A DNA stretch of 64,000 bases from Fibrobacter succinogenes (GTDB lineage Bacteria; Fibrobacterota; Fibrobacteria; Fibrobacterales; Fibrobacteraceae), in assembly GCA_902776765.1 (NCBI GenBank), contig CACYRP010000001.1, forward strand, positions 25,144-89,143, in the 5' to 3' direction. Below, piece after piece: positions 8,278-16,914 of this stretch (position 1 is the first letter of the stretch; each line of letters begins with the position of its first letter). The notes beneath the pieces are model-generated. The model was not told the origin of the DNA. It was given only the letters and a program-made list of their open reading frames with translations, and did no database searches. A program made the translations under genes and the position numbers.

Positions 8278-9727
8278 GTCGTACATTGGGCTGTTGGCTG
8301 CAGTTTGTGCCGGCATGCTCGCTTGCTCAAGCGACCATGATGTCGCTGGCACTGTTACGGATACGGGTAATACAATTGCTCTCGGTGGCGTTGTGACTCG
8401 TACCGATGGTTCGCCTGCTGTTTCTGCCTTGGTTCGCGTTGCTAGTGAACCTGCTGTTGGCGATTCTCTTGTTGAAGCTGAATACATTGAAACGGTTACG
8501 GATTCGCATGGCGTGTTCTCGTTTGATTCTGTATTTGCCGATACGTTCCAGTTAGCGGTTGTTGATGCGGAATACCAGGAGATTTCGTACAAGCCGCGTG
8601 CTACAAAGAATGCTGGCAAGCCGGACAGCATCAAGCTTGAAAAGGCTGCTGTGTTTAGTAGCGTACTGTATTACGAAGATATGGTCGAACCTTCTATGGC
8701 GGTTGGTTCTCACTTCAAGGTGTACGTGCCGGGAACTCCGTTCTCGCAGAGCGTTTTTGCTGGCGATTCGTTCTCGATTCTTATTCCAGAAGGTGAATGG
8801 TGGCTTGGGTTCTGCCCGGGCGATCCGCAGATCGTGGCTCGACTTGCAAATTCCGGTGTCGCGGATTCGTTAATTTATCGTACATGGAATATTGACGGTA
8901 AAGTCAAGTCTGGCGATACGATTTCGAAGGGGCCGTTTATCTGGAGTCCGACGATGGAAGTCGATTCCTTGATAAAGCTTGAAGAGCAGAAGAAAAAGGA
9001 AAAGAAACCGGCCTACTTGTCGGGTGTCGTGACTTGCAAAAAAGATAGCCTGTGCTCGAATGTTCAGGTGCAAATGATTACGGACCTTTATGGCTTTGAA
9101 TTTGTCGAAGGTGATTCCACTCGCTTTGTGATGCAGACCCAGACGAACGATTCTGGCCGCTGGTTCTTGCAGGTGCCGAAGTCTGTTCCGTATGATAGTC
9201 TCCGCATGGAATACCGTTTGCTTGATGACAAAGGCAATGTGGCTTTGGCTGGACTAAGTCGCTATGTGCGTGCTTCGGAACTCAAGGATTTGAAGGACAC
9301 GCTTTTGGTGGATACGGTTGAGTTGACTAAAACTTCTGTTCTTGTTAGTGGTGTGATGCTGGCTATCAATGCTGCTACGGATTCTGCTAAAACCGTAGAA
9401 GAGCAAGCGTTAAATCAGCCCGATAATTCGATCCAGTCGGATAACTGTAAGGTAAACAGCTTGAATAGCGTTGTTGTTGGCCTCAAGGGAACGTCCCATT
9501 TTGTAAGAGATGTGACTTGCAATATGTTTAAGATCGATAATCTCCCTGCAGGCGGGCATGACCTCGTCCTTTACTCGGGCGACCCCAAGGTGGTCAAGAC
9601 GCTTAGGGATGTTGGGCTTGCTTTGGACTCTATCGTGACGATAACGCATGTGCAATTGCCCAAGGGCGATACTTTGGACCAGCAGTGGATGACTTTTGAG
9701 CCGCCAACTTTAAAGACTGATAAATAA
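8264..9727 (+). CDS. hypothetical lipoprotein with carboxypeptidase-regulatory-like repeats
   Basis: MKLIKSYIGLLAAVCAGMLAC lipobox. GTVTD..GGVVTRTDGSPAVSALVRV is CarboxypepD_reg-like. GAGGAGGG lies 6 nt before the ATG. Overlaps the upstream gene by 14 nt. Confidence 0.65.
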   Translation: MKLIKSYIGLLAAVCAGMLACSSDHDVAGTVTDTGNTIALGGVVTRTDGSPAVSALVRVASEPAVGDSLVEAEYIETVTDSHGVFSFDSVFADTFQLAVVDAEYQEISYKPRATKNAGKPDSIKLEKAAVFSSVLYYEDMVEPSMAVGSHFKVYVPGTPFSQSVFAGDSFSILIPEGEWWLGFCPGDPQIVARLANSGVADSLIYRTWNIDGKVKSGDTISKGPFIWSPTMEVDSLIKLEEQKKKEKKPAYLSGVVTCKKDSLCSNVQVQMITDLYGFEFVEGDSTRFVMQTQTNDSGRWFLQVPKSVPYDSLRMEYRLLDDKGNVALAGLSRYVRASELKDLKDTLLVDTVELTKTSVLVSGVMLAINAATDSAKTVEEQALNQPDNSIQSDNCKVNSLNSVVVGLKGTSHFVRDVTCNMFKIDNLPAGGHDLVLYSGDPKVVKTLRDVGLALDSIVTITHVQLPKGDTLDQQWMTFEPPTLKTDK

Positions 9728-9784
9728 TTTTCAAAATACCCCTTGCAAGATTGAAAATTATTTTCTAAAATTGGTGCGCACTGA

Positions 9785-9855
9785 TGAGCTATGGTGTAAC
9801 GGTAGCACAACAGATTCTGACTCTGTTTGTCTTGGTTCGAATCCAGGTAGCTCAA
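9785..9855 (+). tRNA. tRNA-Gln (anticodon CTG)
   Basis: Manual fold: acceptor TGAGCTA/TAGCTCA, D-stem GTGT/GCAC, anticodon stem ACAGA/TCTGT with loop TTCTGAC, T-arm CTTGG-TTCGAAT-CCAGG. CCA is not encoded. Confidence 0.85.
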
Positions 9856-9862
9856 CGAAAGA

Positions 9863-9900
9863 CTCTTTGCTCATACTCCTGAGCAGAGAGTTTTTTATTT
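9863..9900 (+). terminator. intrinsic terminator after tRNA-Gln
   Basis: CTCTTTGCTCA-TACTCC-TGAGCAGAGAG (one mismatch) followed by TTTTTTATTTTT. Confidence 0.7.
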
Positions 9901-10027
9901 TTAGGTTAATAGGTGTTAGGGTTTAGGTGTTAGGTTGGAATTTGCGGCTACGCCGTTTGTTATAGACGTGCGGAGCACGTGATATTATTCCTATATCCTG
10001 TAACCTATAACCTAATACCTATATTTG
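9901..10027. repeat. family B composite imperfect palindrome
   Basis: Left arm TTAGGTTAATAGGTGTTAGGGTTTAGGTGTTAGG. Core TTGCGGCTACGCC..GTGCGGAGCACGTG. Right arm CCTATATCCTGTAACCTATAACCTAATACCTATA. Confidence 0.7.
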
Positions 10028-10031
10028 TACC

Positions 10032-10793
10032 ATGGAATTTTTCGATTACTTTGAAGAGGTTTACGGCGAGCGCTGGCCTGCGTTGTTGGAATCGCTGAAG
10101 GGCGATGGCTGCGCCACAAAGCTCCAGTTTGCCGATGACCTGGAACCGTATTTTTTGGACGAGGCATCGGTCTTTGCTGCTAATGCGCTTGGCGTTGAAC
10201 CTGGAATGGATGTGCTCGATATGTGTGCCGCTCCGGGAGGAAAGTCGCTTGTGATAGCGTCGATGCTCAAGGGCGAAGGTTCTCTCCAATGCAACGATCG
10301 TTCACCGGATAGAAGGCTTCGCTTGCAGCATGTGCTCGAGAATTCCTTGCCGCAGTCTTGGCGCTCGATTATCAACGTGACGGGTTACGATGGCGTGAAG
10401 TTCGGTATGCACAAGAAGGAATGTTTCGACCGCATTTTGCTCGATGCTCCGTGTTCGTCGGATAGGCATGTGCTCAACTCGCCATCACATTTGGAAGTGT
10501 GGTCGGTGAAGCGTGTGAAGCGACTTTCGGTGGAGCAGGGATCGCTTTTGGCTTCGGCTGTTGATGCACTTAGGCCGGGTGGCGAGCTGATTTACGGGAC
10601 TTGCGCGCTTTCGCCGTTGGAAAATGACGCCGTGGTGGCAAAAATCTTGAAAAAGCGCAAAATGATGGAATTTGTTCGTATTGAAGGCTTGCCGGAGGGC
10701 GCGGACCGCACTGAACTTGGGGTGCATATCTTACCGGACAAGGCTCACGGCTGCGGCCCAATCTATTGCGCGAAGATGCGGAAGGTGTGTTAG
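10032..10793 (+). CDS. RsmB/RsmF (NOL1/NOP2/Sun) family RNA m5C methyltransferase, short form
   Basis: SAM motif DMCAAPGGKS. Catalytic-region motifs LLDAPCSSD and GGELIYGTCALSPLEND. 253 aa. Confidence 0.8.
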   Translation: MEFFDYFEEVYGERWPALLESLKGDGCATKLQFADDLEPYFLDEASVFAANALGVEPGMDVLDMCAAPGGKSLVIASMLKGEGSLQCNDRSPDRRLRLQHVLENSLPQSWRSIINVTGYDGVKFGMHKKECFDRILLDAPCSSDRHVLNSPSHLEVWSVKRVKRLSVEQGSLLASAVDALRPGGELIYGTCALSPLENDAVVAKILKKRKMMEFVRIEGLPEGADRTELGVHILPDKAHGCGPIYCAKMRKVC

Positions 10794-10925
10794 AGCTTAG
10801 AACTTAGAACTTAGAACTTAGAACACTCCTTTTGCTCTAAAAGAAAATAACTAAGTTCTAAGAGCGAAGCGGGCTAAGTTCTGCCTACTAATCACTAACC
10901 ACAAATCACTAAATACTAATAATTG
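10793..10925. repeat. CTTAGAA heptamer array with inverted TTCTAAG arm, then ACTAAYC-type array
   Basis: GAGCTTAGAACTTAGAACTTAGAACTTAGAAC starts at the stop codon. The inverted arm is CTAAGTTCTAAG..GGCTAAGTTCTG, followed by TACTAATCACTAACCACAAATCACTAAATACTAAT. Confidence 0.75.
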
Positions 10926-10957
10926 CTATATTGCTATCGGTAAATAGGAGATTTTTT

Positions 10958-11281
10958 ATGGCTGCTTTAAATCTTACTGCAGAATCCTTTGATCAGGTTA
11001 TTTCTAGTGGTCAACTTGTGCTTGTTGACTTTTGGGCTACTTGGTGCCGTCCGTGCATGATGATGGGACCGATTGGTGAAGAACTGTCAGATGAATTTGA
11101 TGGACGCGTCGTTGTTGCGAAGATTAACGTCGATGAAGAAGGCGTTTCGGACATTTGCGGTCGCTTTGGCATCACGAACATCCCGAATATGAAGCTGTTC
11201 AGAAATGGTGTCGAAGTGGGTAACGTTGTCGGTGCCGTGCCGAAGGCAACGCTCAAGAGCGCTATTGAAAAGAACCTGTAA
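10958..11281 (+). CDS. trxA: thioredoxin (active site WCRPC)
   Basis: LVDFWATWCRPCMMMGPIGEEL, ..NIPNMKLFRNG. 107 aa. AGGAG precedes the ATG at codon 10 of the track ORF. Confidence 0.9.
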   Translation: MAALNLTAESFDQVISSGQLVLVDFWATWCRPCMMMGPIGEELSDEFDGRVVVAKINVDEEGVSDICGRFGITNIPNMKLFRNGVEVGNVVGAVPKATLKSAIEKNL

Positions 11282-11457
11282 TTAGAACTTGGATGGCGGA
11301 TTGTGTCCGCCATGACGATCCGTCATCATTCTGAGTTTAATTCGGAATCTGCCAACAGCGGCTTGCGGCCCTAGCCACTAACCACAGTTTACCCACCTAA
11401 AGGTGGCCATGTTCACTAAGGCCTAAAGGCCAAGTGACCAAAGGTAACCACTAAGTT

Positions 11458-12249
11458 ATGCTCACAAAACGTTTAATTGTCTGCTTGGATGTGCGTAATC
11501 GCAAGGTTACGAAGGGTGTAAAGTTTAAAGGCAATATCGACATTGGCGATCCCGTAGAAATGGGAGCGCGTTACAGTGATGATGGTGTCGATGAACTCGT
11601 CTTTTACGATATTACTGCGAGTGCCGAGAATCGTCCGTGCGACATGGAAATGATTCGCCAGATTGCAAAGCGCGTGTTTATTCCGTTTGCTGTTGGCGGT
11701 GGTATCCGCAACTTGGACGATATGCATGAAGCTCTTTTGGCTGGTGCCGAAAAGGTGAGCGTGAACAGCCTTGCCGTGTTGCACCCGGAAATCATTGCCG
11801 AAGGTGCCAAGGCTTTTGGACGCCAGTGCATTGTGCTTGGCATGGATGCGAAGTTCGTGGGCGTATCGGACAAGATTCCGAGCGGTTACGAAGTGTTTAT
11901 TCGCGGCGGTCGTCAGGCGATGGGCATTGATGCTTTGCAGTGGGCAAAGCGAGCCGAGGAGCTTGGTGTGGGCGAAATTTGTTTGAACTCCATCGATACG
12001 GATGGCGTTAAGAACGGTTACGAACTCACGATTACCGACATGATTGCCAAAGCGGTGCAGGTGCCTGTGATTGCAAGCGGTGGTGCCGGAACGCCGGACC
12101 ACATTGTAGATTTGTTCCGTAAGACGAGTGCCGATGCGGCTTTGGTCGCATCGATGGTGCATTTTGGCGATTATACAGTGCCGGGAATCAAGAGCGAAAT
12201 GCTTGCAGCCGGAATCCCTGTACGCAAGAAGATGAACGGCGAGGTATAA
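11458..12249 (+). CDS. hisF: imidazole glycerol phosphate synthase cyclase subunit HisF
   Basis: KRLIVCLDVRNRKVTKGVKF..DPVEMGARYSDDGVDELVFYDITAS, ..VIASGGAG. Full-length HisF pattern, 263 aa. Confidence 0.95.
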   Translation: MLTKRLIVCLDVRNRKVTKGVKFKGNIDIGDPVEMGARYSDDGVDELVFYDITASAENRPCDMEMIRQIAKRVFIPFAVGGGIRNLDDMHEALLAGAEKVSVNSLAVLHPEIIAEGAKAFGRQCIVLGMDAKFVGVSDKIPSGYEVFIRGGRQAMGIDALQWAKRAEELGVGEICLNSIDTDGVKNGYELTITDMIAKAVQVPVIASGGAGTPDHIVDLFRKTSADAALVASMVHFGDYTVPGIKSEMLAAGIPVRKKMNGEV

Positions 12250-12250
12250 G

Positions 12251-13651
12251 TTGAATCCAGAAGTTGCCGTAAAGATTTTTGAAGCTGGCAAAAATGCCGG
12301 GGCTGACTTTGTTGAAATTTTCGAAGAGGAAACCCGCAGTTCAAGCCTCGGCTTGAAAGATCGCCAGATTGAAACCGCGACCGCGGGTACCGAGTACGGT
12401 ATCGGCGTTCGCCTTTTGTACGGGACGGAAGTTTTGTACGGCTTTACGAGCGACGATAGCGAAGAGGCGCTGGTAAAGCTTGTGAAAACGCTTGCGTTCG
12501 GGCGCATTGCCGCAGCGGCGGGGGCGGAAGGCTCGGCCGCAAGGCCTTTTGAATTTGCTCCTGAAAAGCGCGTTTGCGATTTTAATGTTGCGGCCTATAA
12601 AGATCCGCGTGTGCTGGGTCAGGCCATGAAGCAGGATTTCTTGTTTCGTGCAGATAAAGCGGCTCGTGCGCTTTCGTCGAAGATTGCGCAAGTGGGCGCG
12701 AGCGTGACGGATAGTTGCACTTCGATTTCGCTTATGAACAGCGAAGGCTTGCACCTCGAAATGACGCGCGGTCGCTTGCGCGTGAATGTGAACGTGACTG
12801 CAACGGACGGAACGGAACGTTTGACAACGCACGAAGCTCCGGGCGCTCTCGGCGGCTACGAACTTTTAACAAACTATTCTCCAGAAGCGTTGGCCACGGT
12901 ATGCGGCGAGCGCGTGCTGCGCATGTTGGATGCCGGTTATATTGCTGGTGGCCAGATGCCGGTGGTGATGGGAAATGGCTTTGGCGGCGTGATTTTCCAC
13001 GAAGCTTGTGGACATCCGCTTGAAACGGAATCGGTGCGCCGTAATGCAAGTCCGTTCTGCGGAAAGCTTGGCGAAGCTATTGGCCAGCCGTGCCTTACTG
13101 CCATTGATGATGGTACGATGGATGGCGTATGGGGTAGCCTCAAGTATGACGACGAAGGTACGCCTACACAACGTACGGTGCTGATTGAAAACGGAATCTT
13201 GAAGACCTACATGAGTGACCGCGTGGGCGCTATGGAAGTGGGCATAGCTCGTACAGGAAGTGCCCGCCGCGAAAGCTACAAGTATGCTCCTGTGAGCCGC
13301 ATGCGCAATACTTTTATTGCCCCAGGCAAGGATACGCTCGAATCCATGATTGCAAGCGTCGATAACGGACTTTATGCGGCTCGCATGGCTGGCGGTTCCG
13401 TGAATCCGGCAACGGGCGAGTTTAACTTTGCCGTGGATGAAGGTTATGTCATTCGTAATGGCAAAATTTGCGAACCGGTGCGTGGAGCTACGCTTATCGG
13501 CAAAGGCCACGAAATCATGCCGCGTATTAGCATGGTGGGCTCGGACTTTGAGCAAGCCGCTGGCGTTTGTGGCGCATCGTCGGGACATGTGCCCGTAACG
13601 GTGGGGCAGCCCTCTATCAAGGTCGATCAGATTCTTGTGGGTGGAAGGTAA
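12251..13651 (+). CDS. tldD: TldD family metalloprotease
   Basis: 466 aa with the HEACGHPLE zinc motif and the C-terminal GxC..GQPSIKVDQILVGG typical of TldD/PmbA. TTG start one nt after the hisF stop. Confidence 0.85.
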   Translation: MNPEVAVKIFEAGKNAGADFVEIFEEETRSSSLGLKDRQIETATAGTEYGIGVRLLYGTEVLYGFTSDDSEEALVKLVKTLAFGRIAAAAGAEGSAARPFEFAPEKRVCDFNVAAYKDPRVLGQAMKQDFLFRADKAARALSSKIAQVGASVTDSCTSISLMNSEGLHLEMTRGRLRVNVNVTATDGTERLTTHEAPGALGGYELLTNYSPEALATVCGERVLRMLDAGYIAGGQMPVVMGNGFGGVIFHEACGHPLETESVRRNASPFCGKLGEAIGQPCLTAIDDGTMDGVWGSLKYDDEGTPTQRTVLIENGILKTYMSDRVGAMEVGIARTGSARRESYKYAPVSRMRNTFIAPGKDTLESMIASVDNGLYAARMAGGSVNPATGEFNFAVDEGYVIRNGKICEPVRGATLIGKGHEIMPRISMVGSDFEQAAGVCGASSGHVPVTVGQPSIKVDQILVGGR

Positions 13652-13736
13652 GGAACCGCTTGGATCCTCAACGGAGTTTGCCCTGAGTTTATCGAAGGGG
13701 CTGATGACGAATAAACACAAGTTGTCCATATAATGG

Positions 13737-13762
13737 AAAAAGCCCTCGTAAGAGGGCTTTTG
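13737..13762. terminator. bidirectional-looking hairpin terminator
   Basis: AAAAAGCCCTC-GTAA-GAGGGCTTTT. Confidence 0.55.
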
Positions 13763-13837
13763 AGTATTATGGGTTGTCATCGCGATGCAATGTACAAAAC
13801 GATTTCGAATAAAACAAGAAAACTATGTAAAAAAGAA

Positions 13838-13871
13838 ACAACGGCATCTCGTGAGAGGTGCCGTTGTTTTG
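13838..13871 (+). terminator. second hairpin plus T-tract
   Basis: AACAACGGCATCTC-GTG-AGAGGTGCCGTTGTTTT, about 75 nt after the first hairpin. Confidence 0.5.
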
Positions 13872-14112
13872 GTGTATGGGATGTTTGGTTTTGTATCCTT
13901 AAAATAGTTTAATTTGGAATAATTGTGGTCGATTTTGGTGTTTTTTCTGATGTAAAGCTTTACAACACTTTTCAACATTTTTCTTGTATAAATTCAATAA
14001 TTGCGTTTTGAAAAACCACCTGAATTAGGGAAAAACGCTGAAAATTGCCCATTTTGTTGTTTTTTGTAACCTTTTTGTACGAAAATGATTTTTTTTTCTA
14101 ATTTGTGAAGTG

Positions 14113-15270
14113 ATGGAACATCTTGAAAATGAAGCCTTATACGAACTTTTGCGGATGGCAGTCGATGAAGATTGCACGTTGAGCTTTTCGCATAGGCTGA
14201 GTTCGAAAGACTGGGAAAACCTGCATTCGGAATGTTTGAAGCAGCTTATTGCTGGCGTTGCCTATCAAGCTATTAGTCGTTTGCCTCGGGATTTACAGCC
14301 TCCTCATAAAATCGTATTGCGTTGGGCTCTCGAAGCGGAAGCCATTAAGGGGCAGAATAAGCTTTTGAATGCGGAAGCTGCTAGGCTTACGGAATTGTTT
14401 GCCGCACAAGGGTGCAAAACGGCTGTGCTCAAGGGGCCTGCCAATGCTTTGCTTTACCCGGACCCCTATATTCGTCAGGTTGGAGATATTGACTTGTGGG
14501 TTGATGGCGGGCGCGACCACGTTTTTGCGGTAATGAGAAAAATGGGGTATAAAATTCACGAAAGGGATTTATACTCGCCGCACCATGTTCACTTGGATCC
14601 TGAAGAAAATGGGATTCCCGTTGAAATCCATTACCGGCCGTCTTCTGGAATTAGGAATCTGTTTGCGAGTGCGCGCCTCCTGCGTTTTTTGGAAAGCGAA
14701 ATCCAGAATGTAGAACGAGGGAGCGAAGGCTTTTACGTTCCGTCTATAAAGTTTGCGCTTGCTATGCAGTTGGCCCATATTCAGCTTCATTTTATTAAGG
14801 ATGGCATTGGGTTTAAGCAAATTCTGGATTACTACATGTTGCTGAAGCATTCTTCCGAGGATAATCGTCGCGAAATTGCAAATAGACTTTCGGATTTTGG
14901 AATTTTGAGAGTTTGCAGGGCGCTCATGTGGATCATGGGTTACGTGTTTGAACTCGATGAATCCATGATGCTTTGCAAACCTGATGAAAAACTTGGCCGA
15001 AAAATGCTCGCCATCATACAAAAAGGCGGAAATTTTGGTATTTATGAAATGGATTCGCTGAATGAAATTTCAAAGAACTTTGTTGTTCGATTTTTGAAGC
15101 ATCGTTGGCGTAATTTTAGCGTGTTTTGGTTTGCGCCAATTGATGTTATGGTGAGCGAATTGGATTATTGGAAGGAGTTTTTTAAATCTATTTCTGTTCG
15201 GATTAAATTGCGGCGATGGTCGCTTTGGGATTTGTCTCACTCTAAATATGTAAAGAAAGAAGCTCGATGA
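14113..15270 (+). CDS. NTP_transf_5-type uncharacterised nucleotidyltransferase
   Basis: 385 aa. VGDIDLWVDGGRDHVFAVMRKMGYKIH..VEIHYR matches the GDxDL..(G-Y)..(ELH) pattern of PF14907 as I recall it. Confidence 0.65.
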   Translation: MEHLENEALYELLRMAVDEDCTLSFSHRLSSKDWENLHSECLKQLIAGVAYQAISRLPRDLQPPHKIVLRWALEAEAIKGQNKLLNAEAARLTELFAAQGCKTAVLKGPANALLYPDPYIRQVGDIDLWVDGGRDHVFAVMRKMGYKIHERDLYSPHHVHLDPEENGIPVEIHYRPSSGIRNLFASARLLRFLESEIQNVERGSEGFYVPSIKFALAMQLAHIQLHFIKDGIGFKQILDYYMLLKHSSEDNRREIANRLSDFGILRVCRALMWIMGYVFELDESMMLCKPDEKLGRKMLAIIQKGGNFGIYEMDSLNEISKNFVVRFLKHRWRNFSVFWFAPIDVMVSELDYWKEFFKSISVRIKLRRWSLWDLSHSKYVKKEAR

Positions 15271-16190
15271 CTAAGAAGTTTTTTAAAGTTGCTGAACATT
15301 TTTTTGCGGTAGAAGCCGACGAAGAAATTATGTCGCAAATGGGTAATTACGCTCCGTTTGCGGTTGATTCGTGCGAAAATCCTGTGTTTTCGGTTGCGGT
15401 GCAAGAAGCTTCTGCGCCCGGATACACCGAAGAAATCAGTCAGGATGAAGAAGGACAATCGATTTTATGCGGGCGCACGGCAGATGGTTTGCTTGCGTTT
15501 GACTTTTTGTTGTTCGGCGTATCTACGGGTGTGTTGGTGTGCGATAGTACGCTAAAACAGTCTACGTTGTTTTTGACTCCACGAGATGTTTTGGCGATGT
15601 CGACTGATGATGTCCAGCGAAAGCATGTCTTTGCTTTGAACAATTCGTTGATGGTTTTATTTGCGCTTGCGACCTCTGAATTGGATACGGCCTTGTTCCA
15701 TGCGGCGGGGATCCGCTATAAGGGGCTTGGCTATTTATTCTTGGGCAAGAGCGGAACGGGAAAGAGCACCCATGCAAGGCTCTGGCTCAAGTATAACGAG
15801 GGCTCCGAGCTGTTCAATGATGATAATCCTGTAGTGCGTTTGTTCAAAAATGCGGATGGAAAGCCGGTTGCTAAAGTTTTCGGTTCGCCGTGGAGCGGTA
15901 AGACGCCTTGCTACAAGAATGTCGAAATGGAAATGGGCGGATTCGTATTGCTATCGCAGGCGCCGTTCAATAAGATTTCGCCGTTGAAAGGTGTTGCGGC
16001 ATACGCTGCTATTTTGCCTTGTATTTCTGGAATGCGGTGGGATAAAAAGATGGCTGATGGTTTGCATAAAACGCAAAACGGTCTTGCAACGTGTGTTCCA
16101 TCGTGGTATTTGGAATGCCTGCCGGACGAAGAGGCGGCCACGTTGTGTTGTAAAACAGTCGTTTATGAAAATGGAGATTCCGCGCCATGA
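15267..16190 (+). CDS. HPr kinase C-terminal-like P-loop protein
   Basis: FHAAGIRYKGLGYLFLGKSGTGKSTHARLW..FNDDNPVV is like HprK-related kinases of RiPP/lasso clusters. 4-nt overlap with the upstream gene. Confidence 0.6.
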   Translation: MTKKFFKVAEHFFAVEADEEIMSQMGNYAPFAVDSCENPVFSVAVQEASAPGYTEEISQDEEGQSILCGRTADGLLAFDFLLFGVSTGVLVCDSTLKQSTLFLTPRDVLAMSTDDVQRKHVFALNNSLMVLFALATSELDTALFHAAGIRYKGLGYLFLGKSGTGKSTHARLWLKYNEGSELFNDDNPVVRLFKNADGKPVAKVFGSPWSGKTPCYKNVEMEMGGFVLLSQAPFNKISPLKGVAAYAAILPCISGMRWDKKMADGLHKTQNGLATCVPSWYLECLPDEEAATLCCKTVVYENGDSAP

Positions 16191-16648
16191 GCGGTTCGGG
16201 AAAAAAGGATGACTCGCTGATTCTTGCCGAGGCGATTCGCCTGGTCAAGAGTGGCGTAAGCGTCACGTTTCCGGTAAACGGGCGGAGCATGTTGCCGTTT
16301 ATCGTGGGCGGGCGCGATAGCGTGATTCTGGAAAAACCGAAAGCTTTACGGCGTGGTGATGTGGTGCTTGCGCTTGTCAAAACGAATGCTCCGGGAAACC
16401 ATTATGTTGTGCACCGGATTGTTTCGTTGGATGGTGAGCATGTGGTACTCATGGGCGATGGAAATCTTGCTTTGCGGGAACATTGTGACGTTTCGGATGT
16501 TTGTGCCAAGGTGATTTGCGTTGTAAAACCGAATGGGAAAAAATACGCTATGGCAGCTTTGCGATACCGAATCGCTGCAAAAATATGGTATATTCTGTTA
16601 CCGGTTAGACGTTATTTACTATGGATTTATAGGAAGATAAAAAAATGA
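16187..16648 (+). CDS. S24/S26 peptidase, SipW/archaeal-type (Ser-His) signal-peptidase-like
   Basis: VNGRSMLPFI (nucleophile Ser), RGDVVLA, YVVHRIV (His where bacterial SPase I has Lys), MGDGNLALRE. C-terminal hydrophobic helix. 4-nt overlaps on both sides. Confidence 0.6.
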   Translation: MSGSGKKDDSLILAEAIRLVKSGVSVTFPVNGRSMLPFIVGGRDSVILEKPKALRRGDVVLALVKTNAPGNHYVVHRIVSLDGEHVVLMGDGNLALREHCDVSDVCAKVICVVKPNGKKYAMAALRYRIAAKIWYILLPVRRYLLWIYRKIKK

Positions 16649-16914
16649 AAATCAAGAAAGGTTTTGTGCTGCGCGATGTGTGTGGTGAACAGGTGATTAT
16701 GGGTGAAGGTATTGGTGCTCTTGATTTTGGACGCCTCCTTTGCTTGAACGAAACGGCAGCTTGGCTTTGGAAACAGGCCGAACAGCAAGGTGAATTTACC
16801 GTAGATTCCCTTGCTGAAGCGCTTTGCGGCGAATACGACGTTGGCGCAGAACAGGCTAAGGCCGATGTGGCTGCGATTGTCGCCGAATGGCAAAAGGTGA
16901 ACGTGCTCGAATGA
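16645..16914 (+). CDS. PqqD family protein (RiPP recognition element-like)
   Basis: 89 aa. LCLNETAAWLWKQAEQQGEFTVDSLAEALCGEYDVGAEQAKADVAAIVAEWQKVNVLE fits the PqqD/RRE winged-helix pattern. Confidence 0.7.
   Translation: MKIKKGFVLRDVCGEQVIMGEGIGALDFGRLLCLNETAAWLWKQAEQQGEFTVDSLAEALCGEYDVGAEQAKADVAAIVAEWQKVNVLE

Noticed and set aside
13785-13910. 41-aa ORF (MQCTKRFRIKQENYVKKKQRH..) upstream of the cassette, considered as a precursor
   Set aside because: It spans the second terminator hairpin, has no RBS, and reads like random basic sequence.
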